A stretch of 63,724 nt of DNA, the filler included, from Welwitschia mirabilis (taxonomy: Eukaryota): the NCBI GenBank assembly GCA_051453625.1. It is 4 parts of one record of this genome, joined end to end, with 100 filler letters (N's around TTAATTAATTAA, not from the genome) between each part and the next. Parts side by side here need not be neighbours in the genome. Positions count along the whole stretch, not along the records: positions 1 to 15,285 come from JBOZIK010000001.1; positions 15,386 to 25,689 come from JBOZIK010000001.1; positions 25,790 to 39,628 come from JBOZIK010000001.1; 1 more part is not named here. The stretch is one strand, 5' to 3'. Of the stretch, positions 15,115 to 27,934 are shown piece by piece; positions within the stretch are counted from its first letter, which is position 1; each line of letters opens with the position of its first letter. A model generated the notes under the pieces. The model ran no database searches. It was not told where the DNA came from and saw only the letters and a program-made list of their open reading frames with translations. The position numbers were made by a program, and so were the translations under genes.

Positions 15115-15173
<59 letters not shown>

Positions 15174-15285
15174 ACACACACACTCACTCACTCTCTCACT
15201 CTCTCTCTCTCTCATATATTTAAAATAAAAGAAGATTTCACGTGATTGAAAACTCCTAAAAGACGTAGATGAAGTAGTAAGTTGA
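12738..15285 (-). mobile_element. Athila-like 3' internal fragment with env-like (plant transposon protein) pseudogene at ~12740-13410
   Basis: Minus translation includes YNHLVNM... and LTPTYRILHR*MIHNI; 14500-15050 aligns with the 3' non-coding region (16570-17040) of the adjacent Athila. Confidence 0.6.
15105..15213. repeat. (CA)n(CT)n compound microsatellite
   Basis: Seen directly. Confidence 0.97.
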
Positions 15286-18200
15286 NNNNNNNNNNNNNNN
15301 NNNNNNNNNNNNNNNNNNNNNNNNNNNNNTTAATTAATTAANNNNNNNNNNNNNNNNNNNNNNNNNNNNNNNNNNNNNNNNNNNNAAGAACAACTATCTT
15401 CTTTTGTTCTTTTCTCCAACATGAATCAGCCTCTATATTGTACAGTTCTTCTAATTCTGCAGTATCAGAATAAGACTGGAAAACTCCTAATAATATCAAA
15501 TATTACATGTTTTACTAATCATCATATCAAATCCTCATAATTACCAGTATTTCATCAAAACCTATATGAATGTCCTATAAAAGTACTCAAAATACACCAT
15601 CAAATTCCCATAAATTAACATCGTAACATAGCTCCCTACTTAGCCTTGTCAGTCCCTGATAAAATAAGTGATCAACTAGATTGTGAGCCAATTTGTTTAA
15701 GATAAAAATAATACCTGTAAACTGAGTCCATAGAAAATGATATCAATATCAGGTGATTAATATAAGTAATGAAAATTTCCCTAAGCCCCCTACTTAAACA
15801 TGTCATTATGGAATGAATGCAATACACATATAGAAATCATGAAGTAAAACATGATGTCTCAAAAAGTGAAACTTTTTATGCATAATCTAGATCATCATGA
15901 TAACTGAAGTAGTTTTTATATTGGATGATCTAGGTGATTAGAAAGACATGGCTATAAAAAACATGTGCAAGTACTATTGGATCTTGCATGATAAAGTGCA
16001 TAAATGTGCTAAAAATTTTATTTAAATTATATGAAGAATGCATTAAAAAAAAACTTATCAAAATTTGATCATGAAAGCTTAGGACTACTAAAAGTTATAT
16101 GTTGATTTTACTAGATTAACGCCCAGAAAGGCATCCTATTCCCTTCCTCCCTCCTTTCCCCCACAAGAGAGGCAAGACGTCTTGAGTTGTGCCTGTAACA
16201 AAAAAACAAGTGTCATCCCCTCTATCGTGGGGATGACATAAGAAGAGACATACTCTAAATAGCGGATATGGAGAGGAAGATAAGATCTGAAAAACTAAGA
16301 AAATTAGAAAATGTAGGAATGCAAGGTAAAGAAGAGAGCGACCTGGGAAATAAAATGAATGAAGAGCCTAAAGGATGAATGCATGATGGAGAAATGAAAA
16401 AGGATCATAGAGGAAAATAATACTTAAAGATACCTCAAATGTTCCTAAACGCATGGAAAGATGGAACTTATCAGATCAAGGAAACCTATCATAGAGAAAT
16501 AATCATCCTCTAGAAAACATCACAAGAGACTAAAAAATGCTTAGGCCCATGACATAATGCTTGAAAATGTATAAGAAAATAACTTTGAAAATTCCAATAA
16601 AATAACTCAAGAAAAAAAAATTAAAAATGGACAACTAGGAACATGAAGAAGATTACATTATTACCCTAAATTCCATCCTAATAAATTCCTATAGTAGCAA
16701 TCATAAAATCACTTAATTAATGATGCATAACATAATGTATAAATTCATAAAGTTTAACTCAATAGGAAAATGGTTATGACGATGTTAAGTATGCTATTAT
16801 TATCAAATAATGAATGATAAAATAAGAAGCTATTTAAAATGCAAGGTCTTATAAGTTACCATTTCAAAACAAACACTAAAACCCATAAAGTAGAGTGATC
16901 ATGTGGAAGTACTAGAGATTAAAAAAATGTGATTTATTTGTCCATGATGAGGGGAGTGCAACCACTATTAGAGGAGTAAGGACCCACACACCATGGCCGA
17001 CTGACCCCCCAATGGAGTTTCCACAGCTATTATATCGCACTNNNNNNNNNNNNNNNNNNNNNNNNNNNNNNNNNNNNNNNNNNNNNNNNNNNNNNNNNNN
17101 NNNNNNNNNNNNNNNNNNNNNNNNNNNNNNNNNNNNNNNNNNNNNNNNNNNNNNNNNNNNNNNNNNNNNNNNNNNNNNNNNNNNNNNNNNNNNNNNNNNN
17201 NNNNNNNNNNNNNNNNNNNNNNNNNNNNNNNNNNNNNNNNNNNNNNNNNNNNNNNNNNNNNNNNNNNNNNNNNNNNNNNNNNNNNNNNNNNNNNNNNNNN
17301 NNNNNNNNNNNNNNNNNNNNNNNNNNNNNNNNNNNNNNNNNNNNNNNNNNNNNNNNNNNNNNNNNNNNNNNNNNNNNNNNNNNNNNNNNNNNNNNNNNNN
17401 NNNNNNNNNNNNNNNNNNNNNNNNNNNNNNNNNNNNNNNNNNNNNNNNNNNNNNNNNNNNNNNNNNNNNNNNNNNNNNNNNNNNNNNNNNNNNNNNNNNN
17501 NNNNNNNNNNNNNNNNNNNNNNNNNNNNNNNNNNNNNNNNNNNNNNNNNNNNNNNNNNNNNNNNNNNNNNNNNNNNNNNNNNNNNNNNNNNNNNNNNNNN
17601 NNNNNNNNNNNNNNNNNNNNNNNNNNNNNNNNNNNNNNNNNNNNNNNNNNNNNNNNNNNNNNNNNNNNNNNNNNNNNNNNNNNNNNNNNNNNNNNTCTCT
17701 CTCACTTTATTATTCTACATGATCAAGTACTTGTAAGGATAAAAGTGAAGAAACGAGATGAGTAACAAAATAAGATCATGCAAAAATAACTAATTATTTA
17801 CATTATTATAAGATAATAAAAGAATTAAAACATCTTCCTATAGATATACAAATGTCTGAAAATTGGATTAAGCCAATTTTTATCATTATAAATGTTCAAG
17901 TAAAATATTACTCATCATGAAAACTTTATAAGTAAATACAGATGTCAATTTAAAGATGTTCAAGTGATAACATATGTTAACTAAAGGAATGAGTTAGGAA
18001 AGAATTTAGATGATGGAAAAAGGAAGGTCCTCCTCTTGAAGATAGGATTCCAAAACAAGTGCTTCTATCATGTTTAAGGTTTTATCAAAAAATGACTCAT
18101 AAATATTTAACCTTTATCCATTGATTTTTTGGATTTCTTTAGTATTTAGATTGGAAATTTCAATTGAGTCATTTGAGTGTATGTTTTCAATAAGATAAGG

Positions 18201-18539
18201 GCCTAACCATTTTGAATTTAACTTGTTATGTAGAAGGTGTACTTGGGTGTCATATAGTAAGACAAATTGGCTAGGTTCAAACTATTTATGAATAATTTTT
18301 TTATCATGTCAAAACTTGGCCTAAGCCTTGTGAATAAGTTGACGATGTAGGGCATGAATATGTTTTTCATTTAGGTGGTTGAGTTAGGCTAAATGAATTT
18401 TAAGATTTTCATTTAGGTCAACCAGGTTTAGTTAATGGATGGAACAATAAGAATTATAANNNNNNNNNNNNNNNNNNNNNNNNNNNNNNNNNNNNNNNNN
18501 AAGTTAAAGATGTTCAAGTAAAAACATGATGTTGATCAA

Positions 18540-19760
18540 AGGAATGAGTTAAGAAAGAATTTAGATAATGCCAAAAGGAAGGTACTCCTCTTGAATAGGG
18601 GCTTCCAAAATAAGTGCTTCTATCATGTTCAAGGTTTTATTAGAAAATGACTCATAAAGATTTAACCTTTATCCATTAATTTTTGAATTTCTTTAGTGTT
18701 TAGATCAGAAATTTCAACTGAGCCATTTGAGTGTATGTTTTTGATAAGATAAGGGCCTAACCATTTAGAAGATAACTTTTTGTGTAGAAGTGTACTCGAA
18801 TGTTACATAATAAGACAAATTGGCTAAGTTCAAACTATTTATGAATAATATTTTTATCATGTCAAAACTTGATCTAAGTCTTATGAATAAGTTGACGATA
18901 TAGGGCATGAATATGTTTTTCATCTAGATGGTTGTGTTGAAATAAATGAATTTTGAGATTTTTATTCAGGTCAGCAAAGTTTAATTGATGGATGGAATGA
19001 TAAAAATTATAGCAAACATCAACTTGTCAAACACACACTGTATAGTATACAAGTTCATAGGGTGTGAAACCAAGAGAGTTATGCTAAGTAGTATGATAAG
19101 CCCAAAGAACATCATTAAGTTTAGAGGACCAAGTCTTCTTATTGACTGAGACTAATATTTGAAGCATTTTCTTGATCTTTCTATTTGCATTTTTAGCTAA
19201 ACCATTAGTTTGAGAATGATAAGCACAAACAACTCTATGTTCAACACCAATGAAGAGAAGAAGTTTTCAAACGAGATGATTAATGAAATGGGTACCTTGA
19301 TCACTAATGATAATATGTGGAAATCTAAATCATTGAAAAATATAAGTTTAAACAAAGTTACAAATAGTTTAGGCATCATTTTTAGTAGTAGGAGCAACTC
19401 CAACCCACATAGTAACATAATCCACAGCTACTAAAATATAATTTTCATCATTAGATGGTGGTAAAATTGGGCCCACAAAGTCAATTCTATAATAATTGAA
19501 AGGTTCACATTTAAGTATAGGTTTTAAGGGTATATTATGAGAATAAGTGAGGATATCATAACATTGACAAGCATCACACTTTCGAGAAAAGTTGAGTGAA
19601 TCTTTAAAAAGAGTTGGCCAATACAATCCAGAGTGAGGAATTTTCATGGTGATCTATTGGCCACTAAAGTATCCTCCACAAACTCCACCATGACAAAGTA
19701 TTAAAATTTCTAAAGTTTCCCATTCAGGCACACATTTACACATAATTTGGTCTTTGCAAT
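18540..19760 (-). pseudogene. Athila-A integrase (C-terminal part duplicated at ~17950-18459)
   Basis: ORF 19369-19647 GLYWPTLFKDS...CDACQ...IDFVGP...YILVAVDYVT; CHGGVCGGYF upstream; LSSKWLGPYLI near the end. Confidence 0.9.
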
Positions 19761-19999
19761 ATCTATAAAGATGTGGCTCAATCCACTCATAATTACTAAT
19801 CCTATTAAGAAAAGTTTTTCATTGATTTTGGTCTCAATGCTATGGGGTTTCCATAGTCACAAGATAATTGACAATGTCAACATGTCAAAGAGTAGGATGA
19901 GAATAAGAGATAGTGTACAGTTGTTTAATTATAAAGAGTTACTCATCAGAAAAAGAATCATTACTAGGATTTTCATCAGTGAAGCAAGTAATTCGAAAC

Positions 20000-21300
20000 A
20001 AATGGTATTCCATACTATTATGTTTTCTAGCCTTATCCATGATGGTAGAATTAAATTCTTGTATTAAAATGATCTATCTAATAAGTCTGGAGCTAGAATC
20101 TTTCTTGGTTATAAGATAACAGATGGCGGCATGGTCTGTGTAAACATTAATATAAAATCCAAGACAATAGTATCGAAGATCATTTAGACAAAAAATAATA
20201 GTAAGCATTTCTCTCTCAGTGGTAGTATAGTTGGTTTGGGCACTAGTCAATGTTTTGCTAAGGTAAGATATGACTTTGAATCCATTCTCATATTTTTGAC
20301 TGAGAACCCCCCCTATAGTAATGTTTCTTAAATTATACATAAGTTCAAAGTCTTTGTTCTCATCAAGACCCATGACAATAGGTTTAGAAGAGATTTTATA
20401 CTTAAAGGTTCTAAAAGCAAGTTAGCATGATTCAGACCACTCAAATTTGACATCTTTTTCAATAAAAGAGTGAAGATGTTTACAAGTTTTGGCATATTCA
20501 TGGATGAATCATCAGTAAAAGCCTACATGTTCAAGAAAAGACCTAACTTATTTGATATTTTTTGGAGGATTAAGATTTTTAATGATATCTACTTTTGTAG
20601 AGTCCATCCTAATCCCTTACTTTGAAATGTGATGACCCAAAACAATCCCATGTTGAAAAAGGAAGAAACTCTTTTCCCAACTTAAATGCAACCCACTTTC
20701 AATACGTTTATTAAGGACTTTTTCTAATATTAACATAGTTTATTTAAAAGTATTACTAAAGATGGAAAAATCATCCATAAAGATTTCTGTAGAGTCTTCT
20801 ATCATATCAGAAAAGATTCCTATCATGGCTCATTGGAAGGTTCCAGGGGCATTACAAAGTCCAAATGGCATTCTTTTGAAAGCAAAGGTTCCAAAGGGAG
20901 ATGTGAAGGTCGTTTTAGCTTGGTCCTCATTTGCTATAAAAATTTGATTATAGCCACTATTTCAATCAAGAAAATAATAATAAGTATGACCTTGGATCCT
21001 ATCAAGAACTTAATCAAGAAAAGGTAAAGAGTAATGATCATTTTTGGTGACTTCATAAAGTTTTCTAAAATCAATGCATGTTCTCCATTTTCCTTCTTTT
21101 TTGGGCACTACTATTAAAGGACTAACCCATTTACTATCTGCTATGGCAAATTCTAGCATCCATAATTTTAATGATTTTATCTTTAACAATTTGTTTAAGG
21201 GCTAGATTTAATCTTCTTTAGGGTTGCCTAACTAGTTTAGCATTATCCTCAAGATAGATTTTATGTTAAACTATAAAAAGAGAAATGGAATCCAAGTCTT
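20000..21300 (-). pseudogene. Athila-A reverse transcriptase and RNase H
   Basis: Minus strand WRTCIDFRKL, RMPFGLCNAPGTFQ, IFMDDFSIF; ORF 20074-20373 AQTNYTTTEREML...VYTDHAAICYL. Confidence 0.92.
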
Positions 21301-21601
21301 TATGTATCCAAGAAAAGGCATTTTTCTTTAATTCTAATAGAGAAGTTAAATCCAATTCATGTTGAGGAGTGAGAAGGTCATGAATTATCATAGGTTTCAT
21401 TTGATTTTCAGATAAGAATATATATTTTAGACCTTTGGGTAATTGCTTAAGCTCATAAGTGTTAAGTTAGGATGTCGTCCCATCTATCGTGGGGACGACA
21501 GGTAGAGGACAACATTCTTCAAAACGTTTTTCTATTAAATATAGATGTTGGGTTTCTTCCTCATCTTTGAGAACTTCATTCTCAGATTTAAAAAAATCTA
21601 A

Positions 21602-24052
21602 TTAGGTAGGGTTATCATAGTAAGTTGGCTTATATGCATAATTAATTTCTCTTTTAAGGGTCAATGTTTGTAAAAATAAATTTCGCCTTAAATCATCTTT
21701 AATGTTGAAATCAGTTCCTGCATCCTTTTCAGTAGTGCCAAAAACTCTAATGATAATTTCTTTATTATCAAACTGGTATCTCATCATTTCAAATAAAGTG
21801 TCAATGATGCAATGAGCTATAGCGCAAAAGGCTCTTTCTAAAAGTAGTGAATACCCTTCATCATGCTCTATTTCAATTATAACCATATCAATGGGATAAA
21901 AAGCTTCCTCAATTTGAGTGACTAGGTCCTTTATAATTCCTAATGATTTCTTAATTAAGATGTTATCTAGTTCTAAGATAATAGATGTGGGCTCAATTTT
22001 GCTTTCTAAACCAAGTCTTTTACATATGTGGAAGGGTATAATGTTTACACTTGCACCTATGTCAATTAAAGCCTTTTTAATTCTTTTGTTTCCTTCTAAA
22101 ATAACACTCACAGTTGCAGCCCCAGGATCCTTGAATTTAGGACATTTCTTCATTACTAAATTGGAGAGAGATTAGGGAAGGAAGATCTTACTTAGAATGA
22201 TACATTTTTGTTTTCTTCTCACTAAGTCCTTCCATAACTTAGAATATTTTGGGTTTTCTTGCAAAAGTTTCCAAAAGGGAAAGTTGATATTAAATTCTTG
22301 CATTAAGGCTTTTAAGGATTTGTTAAATGTAGGTTTGTCTTTAATCTATTAAGCCAAGGAGTTGATGGTCTCTTTTCCTTATCCTCTTTTAAATTGTATT
22401 TGACAGAGGTTTTAGTAGATGATGTGAAAAGAAGGCTATAAGAATTTAGTATTTCTACATCATCTTCCCTAATTGCTTCATTTTATTTAGAAACCTCATG
22501 AGTAGGAGGTGTTGTATCTTTTCCATTTCTTATTACAATATTTAAGTCTCTCCTAAATTTGTTTGGGTTGGGCATTGGTTGAGAAGTAAGAGACCCTTAT
22601 GGTATTTGGTTAGTAAGCATTGTTTGTTAAAGTACATTCAATAGGTTCTCAATGTTGCTATTGGTTGTTTCATACACCTTTTTCATATCTTTAATGGATT
22701 TTCTAAGGGAATTATTAAAATTTTATTAAGAGTGTGCTTGAAAATTGGGAGTTTTAAATCTATTCTTAAGTGGTTTTCATTGGGGTTTCCCACTAGGTCT
22801 TTATTGAAATGGTGATTGGCTCTTAAAGTTAGAATTTCTTTGGTTGAAATCACAAACCTCTTTAAACATTTTTTTCCTTGCAAATTATTAATAAATAATA
22901 TTCTTTAGTTGAATGGAAATCATCTTCACAAAGTTTACAACTAGAAGTTGAGGGTTTATTTTTATAAATCTTTGCATCAACTATCATTTACGTGTACTTC
23001 TCTAAAGTAATCATAAAATCTTTCATTAAATTAGTTGAATTCTCTATCTCTTCTTCTTTATCATGTTTTACCTCTTTGAGGTCTTTTAAAATTTGGCCTA
23101 TAGTGTGGTTTTCCTTAGTGAATTTAGGCTAGGTTTGACTAATTTATACTAAATTTTCTAGCATCCTCTAAGCATCATTTAAACTTAAGTTCAACAAATT
23201 TCCTCCACAAGAAAAATCTATAAGTTGTTTAGTTGAAGCATTTAGTCCACTATAGGAATAATATACTAGTTCTTCCTTACGAAATTTGTCAATAGGGTTG
23301 TAGTGACTAGTAATTATAAAACATTTGTATGCAATTGCATAATCTTCATGTGGTTGTTATTGAAAGTTGGTGACTTCTTTTGTTCTCTTTCTCATAGTGA
23401 AATTGTTTGATGAAAACTTCTTGTACTTGACTCCTTAATTTAAGGCTTTTATGCAAAATAGTTTTGAGCCACATTTTTGCCCTACCTTTAAGAGTGATAG
23501 GAAAGATAATCATATAGATACAATTGCTAATATGTTTTTTCCCATTTTCAGAAGTAATTACAAGTTGTTCAATGTCGGCTAAATGTTGAAAAGGATCTTC
23601 TTCTGGTTTCCCCAAAAAGATTGGGTATGCGCTTAAATTTATTAACTCTACATCATCTCCAAGAAGTAAATCAAAAGGATTTTGAATTTCATGTTTCCTA
23701 TTAGTAATTAAATCTCTAAGTGTAACATTCGCATTTGAAGAAGAAGTTCCTAATATGATTGAAGCATTAAAAGAAGCTACTTGCTTCTGTTTTAATGATG
23801 CTTTTGAAATATTCAACATTTTTAAAGAAACAATATAATTGCCTTCTACACTATACTTTTATTTTGCAAAATTAGATTCTAAAACAATAAAAGTAGAAAA
23901 ATATTCTTTTCAATTCTAGGAATTTGCATACCTGGAGTGTGTGTACCTGGATTTAATTTGAAATCAATCAGTCCTTCTCTAATATTTTCTTCAATCAGGT
24001 TTTATTCTCTCTGATATTTCGTGTTTTTACTAGGATTCACCATATCCTTGCA
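21602..24052 (-). pseudogene. Athila-A gag and aspartic protease
   Basis: ORF 23346-23819 (PIFLGKPEEDPFQHL...FPITLKGRAKMWL) and ORF 21602-22153 (KDPGAATV...ALIDIGASVNIIP). Confidence 0.9.
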
Positions 24053-24489
24053 TGCTCAAATAACTAACAAAATGGAGAGATCAAAAATAGTAGACCATTT
24101 TTTGTCTAGTTATGGGAACAACAGATAGGATGATGGTAGTAGTAAACAGAAAATTTGAATTTATGGAAACTTGAAAAATAGAGAACGGTCATCCTAAAAT
24201 GTCATGTGGAAGATAAAAAGGATAACATAAAATTTACTTTATAGAAAAGAAAAATGTGAAAATATGTAAATGTGGTAAATTTTTTAGACTATCATCCTCT
24301 TAGGTCATGAACACGACAGAATGAATGACAAAGGAACAAAAAGAAAATGTAGAAATTTAAATTACAGAAATAGACCTACTTTAACTTAAACTAGAAAAGT
24401 ACAATAATAATTCAAATGAATGCCTGAACAGAAAACATTCAAGATACCTACTTGATTAGTGACAACCCTCTTATCTTCTTGTGGCTTTA

Positions 24490-24508
24490 CCTGGCAATAG
24501 TACCAAAA
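24490..24508 (-). promoter_or_regulatory. Primer-binding site, tRNA-Asp type (decayed)
   Basis: Minus TTTTGGTACTATTGCCAGG equals the Athila-type TTTTGGCGCCGTTGCCGGG with CpG transitions, directly after LTR end ...CACAACA. Confidence 0.8.
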
Positions 24509-25789
24509 TGTTGTGGTGCAAATTTATGTAATCTTAAAGTTCTTAGATAAACCTGCAATCAAATAACTTGCAGAAAAACACATGCTAGTAAAGACAGGAG
24601 TTCACCTTAATGTTGTAATCCAATGAAGGAACTAGGCTTAGAGTTAGAGAATTAATTTTGCTAATTTATTTTTGTTCTTTTATCCTTAGAAAAACTAAAA
24701 GGAAAAAACTTAAGTAAATGCAATGCTTAAATGGAAATAGAATGCTAGTGAATGGAAATAGAATGCAATGCAATGAAAATGGAATAGGAATGGGAATGAA
24801 ATAGATCCTACTTGGATCTTAGTCTTTCTTTCATAAATACCACTTCTCTATAACTTATATCAAAGAATAAGAGTATTTACTAGTTCTTAATCAATATAAA
24901 CTATGAGATCCACCCAAGTAAGACTTGAAATGTAATATGAAAAGAAAGAAATAAATAATGCAAATCTACTTTACTAATAAGGTTAACCTTAACAAAGGTT
25001 GTCCTTATGATCTAAATAAACCAAATCTTATCACTTAACTAAGATCAACTTAAATCATAACGGAGATGCACAATAATGAGATGAAAAAAGACATTGTATT
25101 AATCTAATGAAATCAAAATAACATCTACTTACAGCATCATAATAATAACATCTCAATGGGAGAGACATAGCCTAACATCAAGGAGACTCCTTTCTATAGC
25201 ATGGGGTGGACCTCTCACCCTTTAAGCTTCCATCACAAGTATCAGGTATAAAATATGTGGGGAAATGAAGCAAGAGAAGGGTATTTATAGATTTTTTAAG
25301 GAGGTATTTGGAGGCAAATCCTAAAGATAGGAAAATAGAAGCCTTAATGACCCACATGGGTTATTTAACCCCATTTACAATAGAATTTATTGCTATAGTG
25401 TAAAAATAGTTGTCGTCTTATATGTCGTCCACATGACTGGGGAGACAATGCCATCTTAACGGCTTGGACATTGTGCCATGTGCTATCATTAGCCGTATGG
25501 ATTATTTGCACGTAGTTCTAATGTCGTTATCTTGTCTATCATCCAGAAGACCATGTGATCAATGCTCTGTCAATGTGTGCCTCATGTGCTGCTATCGACA
25601 CTGCAGGTTTCTGATCAAGTCAGCCATCAAGTCATCTTGGTTATCATGAGGATGACAGGAAGGATAACTATCTTCTTTTGTTCTTTTCTNNNNNNNNNNN
25701 NNNNNNNNNNNNNNNNNNNNNNNNNNNNNNNNNTTAATTAATTAANNNNNNNNNNNNNNNNNNNNNNNNNNNNNNNNNNNNNNNNNNNN

Positions 25790-27934
25790 CAAAGGATAAT
25801 GTACAAAAATCCAAATTACTTTTATGAGGAATAAAATGATTACCAGAATCGAGCTTATATCATAATTAATAAAAAAACATTTAATTTTATCACTATCTTT
25901 CCTAAAATGTTGATCTTCATGTACTGATTGATCTAGAGTTTCAATATCTAAACTATAAGCATTATCAACACGTTTTGCACAAAAAATAATAGCATTTATT
26001 TTCTCATTTTCAACTATACATTTAGATTTATCAAAGATNNNNNNNNNNNNNNNNNNNNNNNNNNNNNNNNNNNNNNNNNNNNNNNNNNNNNNNNNNNNNN
26101 NNNNNNNNNNNNNNNNNNNNNNNNNNNNNNNNNNNNNNNNNNNNNNNNNNNNNNNNNNNNNNNNNNNNNNNNNNNNNNNNNNNNNNNNNNNNNNNNNNNN
26201 NNNNNNNNNNNNNNNNNNNNNNNNNNNNNNNNNNNNNNNNNNNNNNNNNNNNNNNNNNNNNNNNNNNNNNNNNNNNNNNNNNNNNNNNNNNNNNNNNNNN
26301 NNNNNNNNNNNNNNNNNNNNNNNNNNNNNNNNNNNNNNNNNNNNNNNNNNNNNNNNNNNNNNNNNNNNNNNNNNNNNNNNNNNNNNNNNNNNNNNNNNNN
26401 NNNNNNNNNNNNNNNNNNNNNNNNNNNNNNNNNNNNNNNNNNNNNNNNNNNNNNNNNNNNNNNNNNNNNNNNNNNNNNNNNNNNNNNNNNNNNNNNNNNN
26501 NNNNNNNNNNNNNNNNNNNNNNNNNNNNNNNNNNNNNNNNNNNNNNNNNNNNNNNNNNNNNNNNNNNNNNNNNNNNNNNNNNNNNNNNNNNNNNNNNNNN
26601 NNNNNNNNNNNNNNNNNNNNNNNNNNNNNNNNNNNNNNNNNNNNNNNNNNNNCCTGAGTATTTAACCTGAAGTTATCGGCTTTGAGTACTTTGCACTTTT
26701 CTTCTACTTCCTCCTTTTCTTTTGTGATGGTCTTCACTAATTTGTTCAATTCATTGATTCTTTTGGCAAGCTTTTTACATTCTTCACACAACTCTTAACA
26801 TGTTTTTTCTAACTCATCTTCCTCCTCATCAATCATATGTAAGTCATCTAATGTTGAAGTACTAAGCACATTCTTGAGAGATGATACTAGGGCTATGAAA
26901 GATAATCTCCTTTCTCTATCTGATCCATGATCTGAGTAGTTTTCTTGATCTTCATCATCATCATTATCCTAAGTTACCATCAATGAGGTGTTTTTAGGCT
27001 TCTTTCATTCTCTTCTAGTATTGGGACATTTGTTGGCCGTATGTCCAAATCTTTGCACAAATAGCACTAGATTTCCTTTCCCTTATCTTGTTATCTTCTT
27101 TGTTTTGGATTTTTTTTCCTTGGATTCCTGCTTAGTTCTCCTTCCTTTTTTCTATAGAGAAATCTTTTAAAATTTTTAGCTAGAAAAGCTACCTCATCAT
27201 CATTAAGTTCTTCATCTGATCTATTAGATCTTTAATCCTCTTGTACACAATTCAAAGTAATACCTTTTTTTCTATCTTTAGTGAATTTAAGTTCATATGT
27301 TTAAAGGTTATTTTAAAGTTCTTCCAATGCTATTATATTAATATTTTTGCTTTTTTTTAATGGCTGTTACTTTCAGTTCAAATCTCTTGGGTAGGAATCT
27401 CAGCACTTTCCTTACCATTTTTCTTTCTTTCATATGTTCTTTGAGGTTTGCCATTAAGTTTACTATATCTGTAAGTCTAGCAAAAAATTCCTACAAGATT
27501 TCTTCATCATCCATATAAATGTCTTTAAATTTAGAAATAAGCATTAGTGGTTTTGATTATTTAACAGTGGATGTTCCTTCATGTGTAACTTCCAAAATAT
27601 CCCAAGCTTCTTTTACATAATTACAGTTTACAATTCTTTTAAATTTATCTTCACACACTGCATACAAAATAGCGTTAAGAGCATGGGTATCTATTATGGC
27701 TTTGGTTTTATCTGTAGGAGTCCATTAGTCTCTAGATTTGGGAACCAAGATAGTATTTCTATTTGCATCTATCTGGGCTATCATAGATATAATATGATCT
27801 TTGTAAATAACCTCTTCTACATTGGCATCTAGTGATATAAGAAAAATCCTCATCCTGGCTATTCAATAGGAATAGTTTTAACCATCGAACATGGGTGGAT
27901 TACCAATTAAAAATCCATTAATTAGGTTACTCAT
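25790..27934 (-). pseudogene. gag: SIRE-1 gag (UBN2-type, CCHC knuckle) plus protease-distal region fused to an RNaseH-like tail
   Basis: MSNLING...PPMFDG*NYSY*IARMRIFL; frameshifted knuckle CYLCK/FGHTANKCP at ~27020-27070; IFDKSKCIV...KRVDNAYSLD at 25790-26038. Confidence 0.85.

Larger units (their letters stand above)
15386..25689 (-). mobile_element. Near-full-length degenerate Athila Ty3/gypsy element (Athila-A)
   Basis: 5' LTR 24509-25689, tRNA-Asp-type PBS, gag-PR-RT-RH-IN order, PPT AAGTAGGGAG at ~15631-15641, 3' LTR starting TGTTACGATG at 15628; both LTR pieces share AACTATCTTCTTTTGTTCTTTTCT (15392 and 25666). Confidence 0.88.

Noticed and set aside
15330-15341. TTAATTAATTAA island centred in N-runs (also 25734-25745 and 39673-39684)
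   Set aside because: Identical 12-mer in the middle of 100-bp gaps with stops in all frames; a scaffolding linker, not biology
16968-17722. Long ORFs in the ORF track containing X runs (also 25742-26791, 29870-30332 and others)
   Set aside because: Length comes from N gaps; not evidence of genes
19197-22175. Plus-strand ORFs such as 19210-19434, 19747-20067, 20762-20947 and 21918-22175
   Set aside because: Antisense shadows of the minus-strand pol with no independent motif
24716-24805. GAATG/CATTC-like pentamer runs (also ~59970-60027) resembling satellite DNA
   Set aside because: Short, degenerate and at the same position in homologous Athila LTRs; an LTR low-complexity feature
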